DNA of 42,656 nucleotides from an uncultured Gammaproteobacteria bacterium (GTDB lineage Bacteria; Cyanobacteriota; Vampirovibrionia; LMEP-6097): NCBI GenBank assembly GCA_964420165.1, contig CAYQSL010000001.1, positions 1 to 42,656 of the forward strand, read 5' to 3'. Shown piece by piece: positions 35,527 to 42,656 of this stretch (position 1 is its first letter; each line of letters starts with the position of its first letter). The notes under the pieces were generated by a model. It saw only the letters and a program-made list of their open reading frames with translations, ran no database searches and was not told where the DNA came from. The position numbers and the translations under genes were made by a program.

Positions 35527-36738
35527 ATGACCAAAGCTCGGCCAACCAAAGCATTATCTCATCTAGAATCTATTTCTTCAATGGAGCCAATGCTGCCAGA
35601 GGAAAATAATCGTGAACTTGAAGATCTCACAGTAGACCTTATTGCTAAAGCTAGTAAGTTGGCTTCAAGGCTCAGTCCTAAATTACAACTAAGTGTTGCT
35701 GATTTAGTTCGTTCAATGAATTGTTACTATAGCAATCTAATTGAAGGTCATAATACTCACCCACGTGATATTGAAAAAGCCTTGCAAGAAAATTTTAGTA
35801 GCAATATAGAAAAAAGAAATTTGCAATTAGAGGCTAAGGCACACATTGAAGTCCAAAAAGCAATTGATAAAGGTAATTACTGGGGAGTTGAGAATCTCAC
35901 TTCTACAGAATTTATTACAAAGATACACGAAGAGTTTTATAAATTACTCCCTGAAGAACTTTGCTTAGTCACTAATCCAGATACAGGCAAAGAAATAGCA
36001 GTAGCACCAGGAGCGCTCAGGGAAAGCGATGTAGTTGTTGGTAAACACATAGCCCCTTCAGCAAAGAATCTTGATACCTTCTTAAATCGTTTCCAAGAAG
36101 CTTACTCCTTGAATAAACTTTCCCGCTTGAGACAAATCATTGCAGTTGCAGCATCACATCATCGATTAGTTTGGATACATCCTTTCTATGATGGTAACGG
36201 TAGAGTAACTAGATTATTTTCTCATGCACTTCTGAAGTATCTTGGAATTGGTTCTGGACTATGGTCCATTTCAAGAGGACTTGCCAGACAGAACAGTGAA
36301 TATAAAAGCTCACTACAAGAAGCTGATAGCCCACGTAAAGGAGACCTGGATGGTAGGGGTAATTTATCACAACAAGGGCTAACTAATTTCTGTAAATTCT
36401 TTTTAAGTTGCTGCATTGATCAAGTAGACTATATGTCTTCGATTCTAGAGCCCAGCGAAGTTTTACGCCGTATAGAACTTTATACAGAAGATGAAATCAG
36501 AGCCAATAGATTACCAAAAGGCTCTTTCCAATTATTACGGGAAGCAGTATTGCAAGGTGAATTTGAAAGAGGCAAAGCTGCAGAGATTACTGGTTACAAA
36601 AGTAGGCAAGCAACAACTTTAATCTCCGAACTAACTAGTAGAGGCTTGTTAGTATCAGACACTCCTAAAGGTGCTGTTAGACTAGGTTTCCCCGTAGCAG
36701 TATTAGAACGTTGGTTTCCGCTACTTTATCCTTTATAG
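35527..36738 (+). CDS. Fic-family protein (AMPylase-type) with C-terminal winged-helix-like region
   Basis: Canonical Fic motif HPFYDGNGRVTRL. Confidence 0.85.
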   Translation: MTKARPTKALSHLESISSMEPMLPEENNRELEDLTVDLIAKASKLASRLSPKLQLSVADLVRSMNCYYSNLIEGHNTHPRDIEKALQENFSSNIEKRNLQLEAKAHIEVQKAIDKGNYWGVENLTSTEFITKIHEEFYKLLPEELCLVTNPDTGKEIAVAPGALRESDVVVGKHIAPSAKNLDTFLNRFQEAYSLNKLSRLRQIIAVAASHHRLVWIHPFYDGNGRVTRLFSHALLKYLGIGSGLWSISRGLARQNSEYKSSLQEADSPRKGDLDGRGNLSQQGLTNFCKFFLSCCIDQVDYMSSILEPSEVLRRIELYTEDEIRANRLPKGSFQLLREAVLQGEFERGKAAEITGYKSRQATTLISELTSRGLLVSDTPKGAVRLGFPVAVLERWFPLLYPL

Positions 36739-36806
36739 GACTGCCGCCCCTTTTTAATCAAAATAATATCAAAATCTGGCTTTTTGACACTATATAATTA
36801 AACATT

Positions 36807-37661
36807 ATGAAATTACTGAATTCTTTAGGTCTTAACTCAGCACTAGCACTTGGAGCTATGGGAAGTGGTGAAGCAACAGCTCAAACAAAGCCAAATCAAG
36901 CAGTGGCAAAGCAAACCCAAGCTACAACAGACACTGTAACCATTTCAAAAGCAGAAGTTAAAGCCGTAACAAATCCTGTAAGTAAAGATCCTCTTGATGC
37001 AAGAGATCAAAGATTTGCAGATAGTCCTTTAGGAAAAGTTCTTCAGAAAGATATGCCAGTCAAACTTGGCGAAGATGGCTTCCCGGTACTTGATCAAAAA
37101 GATTTAGCAAAACTAGCAGAGATTATTGAAAAAAATCCAGAAGGCATTGGGGCTGGCTTTGGTCTTAAAGGTGGCACCGGAGTTAAAGTCAAAGCAGCTA
37201 TCTATGTTCACGATAAAGGTGATAAAAAAGCTCCATCAGAACTTAAAGGTACAGTCTTACTCTTTTTAGAGAAGCCTGTAAGTTTCACTCAAGGTGATAA
37301 ACAAATAAATGTAGAAAATTTAGTTGGACGTTACTATGTAAAACGCCACACTGCTGATGGCAAGGAAGCTGCAAGTCAACAAGTCCGCCTAAGCAATGAA
37401 GGTAAAATAGGCATCAATGCTAAGACTGGCACTATAGAAGGTAATCCTGAATTTCAATTTATTGGAGCAAATCCGCCAACAAGATATAAAATTCAATTAA
37501 GTCCAACTGCAACTTCAAGCAAAGTATCAAAATCTGAACCTATAAATGCTGAAGGTAAAGTAGTCACAGATCCTGAAAAGAATAAAGCAGGAATAGTTGC
37601 AAATCGAATTACTATAGAGATACCTACAGATACTGCAACTATCTATGTCCCTAGAAACTAA
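36807..37661 (+). CDS. Secreted hypothetical protein
   Basis: ORF track. The N-terminal signal-like segment ends GEATAQ. Confidence 0.5.
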   Translation: MKLLNSLGLNSALALGAMGSGEATAQTKPNQAVAKQTQATTDTVTISKAEVKAVTNPVSKDPLDARDQRFADSPLGKVLQKDMPVKLGEDGFPVLDQKDLAKLAEIIEKNPEGIGAGFGLKGGTGVKVKAAIYVHDKGDKKAPSELKGTVLLFLEKPVSFTQGDKQINVENLVGRYYVKRHTADGKEAASQQVRLSNEGKIGINAKTGTIEGNPEFQFIGANPPTRYKIQLSPTATSSKVSKSEPINAEGKVVTDPEKNKAGIVANRITIEIPTDTATIYVPRN

Positions 37662-37673
37662 ATAACTAAAAAG

Positions 37674-37713
37674 TAACAGCCGCAAAGCCCAAACGGGCAC
37701 TGCGGCTGTTACT
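37674..37713 (-). terminator. Strong hairpin terminator between convergent genes
   Basis: A 12-bp perfect stem, GTAACAGCCGCA (37674-37685) with TGCGGCTGTTAC (37702-37713). On the minus strand it is followed by TTTTTAGTTATTT. Confidence 0.7.
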
Positions 37714-37730
37714 ACTAGGTTAGATGAAAC

Positions 37731-38192
37731 CTAAGAAAGAAGGGCTTCTTTCTCTTGCAGGAACTCATCTTTGATTTCCTCATTTTCATCATCGCTTAAA
37801 ACTTTTTCAGCTTTTTTAAACATCTTCTCTTCTTCTTCTTCAACGTGATGTTCAACATTTTCTTTTAGAACAGTAAATTTAGCTTTCCATTCTTCTGCAT
37901 CAACTTTCATTGCTTCTAATTCATCTAAAAGCATTTCTACTACATGGTGCTCTTCTCTACCTTCTAGGATAATGTCTTTGGTCTTTTCGTCTTCCTCTAA
38001 CTTACTGTAATAAGCCATGTCTTCAGCCTTACTATGAGCTAATAATTCTTGTTTCATCATGGCGAAAATTTCCTCAGCATCTTTTGTGTTACCTTCTTCA
38101 AGAGCAGATTCAATCTCTTTCATCATCTCTTTTACTTTCTTATGGTCTTTTTTTAATTCCTTCTCAATAGGGTTGGTTTTTAATGTAGTCAT
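37731..38192 (-). CDS. Hemerythrin-like (HHE cation-binding) domain protein
   Basis: Helical 153-aa protein with spaced His/Glu pairs (DHKKV, HSKAED, EEHHVVE, EHHVEEEEE), typical of hemerythrin-domain proteins. Confidence 0.6.
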   Translation of the reverse strand: MTTLKTNPIEKELKKDHKKVKEMMKEIESALEEGNTKDAEEIFAMMKQELLAHSKAEDMAYYSKLEEDEKTKDIILEGREEHHVVEMLLDELEAMKVDAEEWKAKFTVLKENVEHHVEEEEEKMFKKAEKVLSDDENEEIKDEFLQEKEALLS

Positions 38193-38354
38193 TTCGTACT
38201 CCTTAATTGCTTAAATCTTGATTTCTATCAACTTGAAATGATTATACCACAAACTATTCGTATTCAAATCATTCTCCGTTAAACTTATTTAAAAAATGGC
38301 TCAAACAGGAGTTTTTATTATTTTCCATTAGAATAAATAAAGGCATCCTTATAT

Positions 38355-40154
38355 ATGACTTACAACTGGACTATATATCCAAAAAATTCTTTACCAGATG
38401 AACTACTTGAATTAAGCCAAGGGGATAGTCTTTTAGCAAGGCTACTTATTAACCGCAATGTTAATTCTAGAGATCTTGCACAATATTTTCTAGATCTAGA
38501 GAATGTCATTCCTAGTGATGCTTATGAAATTCCAGAATTAGATAAAGCCGTAGAGAGAATTAACAGAGCAATAAATGCGAAAGAAAAAATTACTATCTAT
38601 GGTGACTATGATGTCGATGGCACTAGCTCTACAGCACTTTTGATCAGAGCCTTTACCATGATCGGCGTCGCGGTTGATTACTATATTCCAAGCAGACACA
38701 CAGAAGGCTATGGACTCAACAAAGAAGCCATTCGAAAAATTCATCAAGAAAAAAAATCTTCACTGCTTATAACTTGTGATTGCGGCATTAGTAATTATGC
38801 TGAAGTAGAATTTGCAAATTCAATTGGCTTAGATGTAATCATTACTGATCATCACTCTATCCCGAAGCTTACGCCACCAAGTATTGCTAACTGTAATCCC
38901 AAGACCCTAGACCCCAGTCACCCATTGCATTACCTGCCAGGCGTCGGTGTTGCTTATAAACTTGCAGAGAAGCTATTAGAGCTTCACACCGCTGATTCTA
39001 TTACAGCTAAAGTTTGTGCAGAATCCCTTCTAGACCTAGTTGCCTTGGGAATGATTGCAGACATGGCTTCACTTAGAGCAGAAAATAGATATCTAACGAT
39101 TCGCGGACTTGCGGTACTTAGCAAGACCAGCAAAATCGGACTTAGAGAATTACTTTTCACTTCAGGTGTTAATGGCACTGCTGATAGTGAACATATTGGT
39201 TTTGGACTTGCACCGCGCATCAATGCTGCAGGACGTTTAGCTGATGCTGCAAGAGCAGTGGAATTGATGATTACTGAAGATAAAGAATATGCTCAGGAAT
39301 TATGCTCAGACTTAGATAGTGGCAATCGTGAAAGACAAGCCCTCTGCCAAAAAATTATCGCTCATGCTTTTGAAAAATTACAAAATGATCCAGGTTTTCA
39401 AGCTCACAACTGCATAGTAGTCTCAGATGCTGATTGGCATCATGGAGTCATCGGTATAGTTGCAAGTAAGCTCCTGGATACTTTCCATTTACCCGTCTTC
39501 ATTATGGCGATTGAAAATGACTCAGCAAGAGGCTCTGTACGCAGTATTAATCTTAGCGATTTAGATATTTTCGAAGAGATGCAAGCGATCCAAGCTAAAA
39601 CAGGACTGTTTACAAAATATGGTGGACATAAAATGGCAGCAGGTTTTAGTTGCAAGGCTTCGGATGTTGAAGCACTTACTACTACCATTAAAGATCACTT
39701 TAGAAATAAACTTGCCGATTCTAACCTTGTTAAAAAAGTAAAAATTGATACTGCACTAAAATTAAACGAAGTGAATTCAAGATTGTTAGATAGAATAGCC
39801 AAGCTTGCACCTTATGGTATTGATAACCCACAACCCTTATTCCTAGCAGGTCCCCTGATAGTAGACAGAATTAAAACATTAGGCAAAGACCAAAAGCATC
39901 TCAAATTATTTGTGAAAGATGCTGAGAGTAAAAGATCATATGAAGCTGTGATTTGGAATAGAGCAGAAGAATTTCTGAGCAAATATCCTTTATTAACCAA
40001 ACCCGAATTATGTTTTGTTTTTTCAGCAAAACTTAATGAATTTAATGGTGAAGTTTCAATACAACTAGATATCAAAGATTGGAAAGATCCAAGCGAAGTA
40101 GACGAGAGTTTCTTTGCGCGTTTCAAAGCGATGGAAGCACATCTGCGTAATTAA
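38355..40154 (+). CDS. recJ: Single-stranded-DNA-specific exonuclease RecJ
   Basis: DHH motifs IYGDYDVDGTSS, ITCDCG and ITDHH, the DHHA1 region GGHKMAAG, and the size are all typical. Confidence 0.9.
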   Translation: MTYNWTIYPKNSLPDELLELSQGDSLLARLLINRNVNSRDLAQYFLDLENVIPSDAYEIPELDKAVERINRAINAKEKITIYGDYDVDGTSSTALLIRAFTMIGVAVDYYIPSRHTEGYGLNKEAIRKIHQEKKSSLLITCDCGISNYAEVEFANSIGLDVIITDHHSIPKLTPPSIANCNPKTLDPSHPLHYLPGVGVAYKLAEKLLELHTADSITAKVCAESLLDLVALGMIADMASLRAENRYLTIRGLAVLSKTSKIGLRELLFTSGVNGTADSEHIGFGLAPRINAAGRLADAARAVELMITEDKEYAQELCSDLDSGNRERQALCQKIIAHAFEKLQNDPGFQAHNCIVVSDADWHHGVIGIVASKLLDTFHLPVFIMAIENDSARGSVRSINLSDLDIFEEMQAIQAKTGLFTKYGGHKMAAGFSCKASDVEALTTTIKDHFRNKLADSNLVKKVKIDTALKLNEVNSRLLDRIAKLAPYGIDNPQPLFLAGPLIVDRIKTLGKDQKHLKLFVKDAESKRSYEAVIWNRAEEFLSKYPLLTKPELCFVFSAKLNEFNGEVSIQLDIKDWKDPSEVDESFFARFKAMEAHLRN

Positions 40155-40188
40155 AATGATCTAAAGATCATGCTATGATTTTTGGCGT

Positions 40189-41178
40189 ATGACTACAACT
40201 AAAACGGCATTCGTATTTCCAGGACAAGGCGCGCAGGCAGTCGGCATGGGCAAAGAGAGCTATGAAGCTTGCTCTGAAATAAAATCTATTTATGATTCAG
40301 CAGATAAAATTTTCGCTGAATTTCATGCAAACACATCTAGCCTTAATAGCAAATCAATCACTGAAACTTCTTTCAATGGACCTGAAACTGAACTTGCAAG
40401 AACTATTTATACTCAACCTTCGATTCTCACTTTAAGCATCGCTCTTGCAACTAAACTTAAAAAAGAAATTACTGCTGGCAAAATCGCTAAACCAAGTTTC
40501 GTTGCAGGTCACTCACTTGGCGAGTTTGCTGCTCTATATATGGCAGACGTGCTTAGCCTTGAAGATGTAATTAAACTTGTAACCAAGAGAGCCGCTTTAA
40601 TGGAGAATGCTCTTCCAGGTGCTATGACTGCAATCATCGGCATGAATGACGAGCAAGTAAACAGCATTATCAGTGGCATCAAAGATGCATCAGTAGCCAA
40701 TTACAACGCGCCAGATCAAATCGTTGCAACTGGTACTAAAGAGGCTATGCAAAAGCTTGGTGAAGAGATTACAGCCTATGCAACTGCAAATTCTCTAAGT
40801 GCAAGAGTTATACCTCTTAATGTAGGTGGAGCTTTCCATTCACCGCTAATGGCAGAAGCTGCCGCAGAGTTCGCGCAAGAAATCGATAAAGCTAATTTCA
40901 AAAATGCAAGTATTCCTGTAATTCAGAACATCAATGCTGAAGCAGTTACTGACGCTGGGCAGATTAAAGAGAATCTTAAAAAACAAATGACTGGTTCAGT
41001 TCAGTGGACTAAGACTGTACAGAAGTTAATTGATGAAACTAACGGCGTGAATGAGATTTGGGAAATTGGTCCAGGAAAGGTTTTAGCTGGACTTACTAAA
41101 AAACAAAATCGTAGATTTTCGGTTACTAATATTGGTTCTGTTGCAGATTTAGAGACCGCACTTAAAGTGGTAGCTTAG
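40189..41178 (+). CDS. fabD: ACP S-malonyltransferase
   Basis: FPGQGAQ near the N-terminus, the active-site GHSLGE, and a later AFHS motif. Confidence 0.9.
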   Translation: MTTTKTAFVFPGQGAQAVGMGKESYEACSEIKSIYDSADKIFAEFHANTSSLNSKSITETSFNGPETELARTIYTQPSILTLSIALATKLKKEITAGKIAKPSFVAGHSLGEFAALYMADVLSLEDVIKLVTKRAALMENALPGAMTAIIGMNDEQVNSIISGIKDASVANYNAPDQIVATGTKEAMQKLGEEITAYATANSLSARVIPLNVGGAFHSPLMAEAAAEFAQEIDKANFKNASIPVIQNINAEAVTDAGQIKENLKKQMTGSVQWTKTVQKLIDETNGVNEIWEIGPGKVLAGLTKKQNRRFSVTNIGSVADLETALKVVA

Positions 41179-41301
41179 TGCGTGACTGTAAACATTGCCG
41201 TCATTGCGAGGAACGAAGCAATCCAGTTGATATTATCCAAAGTCAAAAAGTACTTTCGACCCCTTTCATCTTAGAAACAGATGTTTTAAAACTATAAGTC
41301 T

Positions 41302-41562
41302 ATGGGGTTTGAGAATTACTATAAATTTTGGGCAAATGTGATTTGTACAGTAGGATTTATGATGTCTAGCCCTTTTGGAGTCAATGTTTTAAATTTACTT
41401 ACAAAAGAGAAATTAGATATAAGCAAAGAGTTTATAGAAAGAATCTTTGCTTCAGGAGCAATAGCAATTCTTGGCATATCTTTTATAGTGAGCTCTTGCT
41501 ATATAATGTTTTTAATGGACGAAAGGATTAAAAAGGAAAAATTATGGAAAACTACCAAGTGA
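41302..41562 (+). CDS. Small membrane protein, hypothetical
   Basis: ORF track. Two hydrophobic helices. No recognisable family. Confidence 0.35.
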   Translation: MGFENYYKFWANVICTVGFMMSSPFGVNVLNLLTKEKLDISKEFIERIFASGAIAILGISFIVSSCYIMFLMDERIKKEKLWKTTK

Positions 41563-41726
41563 AAGATCTATGGTTAATAGGTTCTTGTTTAATTACAATT
41601 ATAGTATTTTTGCTATTTTTATTAGTTTGGATGGGGACTTATGGCTTTAGAAGAGAGTTACTGTCACATCTCAAAGAACTGCTTTTCACAATAGAACCAA
41701 AAGATGAACCTAGCACTACAATTTAA
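41544..41726 (+). CDS. Small membrane protein, hypothetical
   Basis: ORF track. One hydrophobic helix. It overlaps both neighbours. Confidence 0.3.
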   Translation: MENYQVKDLWLIGSCLITIIVFLLFLLVWMGTYGFRRELLSHLKELLFTIEPKDEPSTTI

Positions 41727-42540
41727 CTGGTATCCAGGTCATATAGCGAAAGCTGAAAGACAACTCAAAGAAAAGATCAAACTTATAGATTTGATCATTG
41801 AGCTAAGAGACGCGCGTATTCCAGAATCCAGTCGTCATAAGGATTTACCGGACTGGGCAAATGGTAAACCAATAATTTCAGTTTTGAACAAAACAGATCT
41901 TAGTGATCTAAACAAACTAAAAACCTATATCAAAAATTCCGAAGAAAAAATTTTCTTACTCAGCACAAAAAATAAAAACGAACATCTCAAATTACTCATC
42001 AAAGAAATTGAAATATATGCAGATCAAGTAAGTGCTAAGTTCAAAGCTAAAGGGGTGCTCAAACGCCCTGCCCGAGTGCTTGTTGTCGGTTATCCAAATG
42101 TTGGTAAATCAAGTTTAATTAACTTACTTGCCAAAAACAAAAAAGCCAAAGTTGAAGATCGCCCCGGAGTTACACGTCAACAACAATGGGTAGATGTAAA
42201 AAGTGATCTTGAAATCAAACTTCTTGATACGCCTGGAATTATTCCAACTAAACTTTATTCATTAGATCAAGGAGTAAAGCTTGCAATGTGCAACTGTGTT
42301 AGCGATCAAGCTTATGATCCTGTTGAGATTTCCCTACTTGGCATAAAAGTTATCGAAGAGCAGTATCCAGGTCTCATTGCCAAATACTATGGAGTAGAAG
42401 GTGAACTGAATTTAGAAAACATTGCAGTTGCAAAAAAATTATTAAGGAACAAGGAAGCAGACACTGAAAGGGCTGCAATCAAGGTCATCAATGACTTTCA
42501 GGATGGCAAATTCGGCAAACTAGTGCTTGATATGCTATAA
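41704..42540 (+). CDS. rbgA: Ribosome biogenesis GTPase A (YlqF/RbgA), circularly permuted GTPase
   Basis: NWYPGHIAKA start. The G motifs are in permuted order: NKTDL (G4), then GYPNVGKSSLIN (G1), then DTPGI (G3). Confidence 0.85.
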   Translation: MNLALQFNWYPGHIAKAERQLKEKIKLIDLIIELRDARIPESSRHKDLPDWANGKPIISVLNKTDLSDLNKLKTYIKNSEEKIFLLSTKNKNEHLKLLIKEIEIYADQVSAKFKAKGVLKRPARVLVVGYPNVGKSSLINLLAKNKKAKVEDRPGVTRQQQWVDVKSDLEIKLLDTPGIIPTKLYSLDQGVKLAMCNCVSDQAYDPVEISLLGIKVIEEQYPGLIAKYYGVEGELNLENIAVAKKLLRNKEADTERAAIKVINDFQDGKFGKLVLDML

Positions 42541-42548
42541 ATTATCTT

Positions 42549-42656
42549 ATGGCAGCCCTAGTATTTGCATTACAACTTATTTCAGGAATCCTTACTGTAT
42601 TTTTTATTCTTATTAAAGACCCTAAATCAGAAGGTCTTGGTGCAATTGGTTCATCA
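42549..42656 (+). CDS. secG: Preprotein translocase subunit SecG, 5' part (runs off window)
   Basis: My translation from ATG 42549 is MAALVFALQLISGILTVFFILIKDPKSEGLGAIGSS. A TM helix followed by a Gly-rich K-GLGA-GS segment is typical of SecG. Confidence 0.6.
   Translation, partial: MAALVFALQLISGILTVFFILIKDPKSEGLGAIGSS

Noticed and set aside
41193-41224. Palindromic element CATTGCCGTCATTGCGAGGAACGAAGCAATCC downstream of fabD
   Set aside because: It resembles a short dispersed palindromic repeat seen in many genomes and may act as a weak stem-loop. There is only a single copy in this window, no T-tract, and nothing to suggest a function beyond possible transcript stabilisation.
1-42656. CRISPR arrays, rRNA genes, IS elements or transposases
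   Set aside because: I found no regularly spaced repeat array, no rRNA-like sequence and no transposase-like ORF. The only recombinase is the tyrosine integrase at 17181..18308.

Overview
AT-rich bacterial chromosomal window. It uses the standard genetic code, has many translationally coupled genes (ATGA/TAATG overlaps), and uses TTG/GTG starts often. There are three blocks. (1) 1-9.6 kb: a czcCBA-type heavy-metal RND efflux operon (czcA runs off the left edge). It is followed by several secreted His/Cys-rich accessory proteins, an outer-membrane barrel, and a small operon of secreted paralogues preceded by a structured, terminator-ended leader RNA. (2) About 9.8-34.0 kb: a composite defence/mobile island. 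The left part is visibly more AT-rich. It carries a NACHT/STAND-like NTPase overlapping a SIR2-like gene, a HEPN-like gene, a CAP12/PycTIR-type TIR-like gene and a tyrosine integrase. The right part is bracketed by two ~55-bp imperfect direct repeats derived from the anticodon-loop-to-CCA portion of a tRNA(CAU) gene (18406-18460 and 33976-34032). It carries a 1,242-aa SEC-C/PD-(D/E)xK protein, a six-gene type I R-M operon (hsdM, KilA-N, hsdS, hsdR, DUF45 peptidase, unknown Rx4H protein) and a divergent Mrr-like nuclease. (3) 34-42.6 kb: a hypothetical gene and a Fic gene, then housekeeping genes (recJ, fabD, rbgA/ylqF, 5' end of secG). I saw no CRISPR array, no rRNA and no intact tRNA. The best candidates for an undescribed system are the STAND+SIR2 pair, the SEC-C/nuclease giant, and the unknown gene coupled to the type I R-M operon. 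All domain calls rest on motif recognition by eye and need profile or structure searches.
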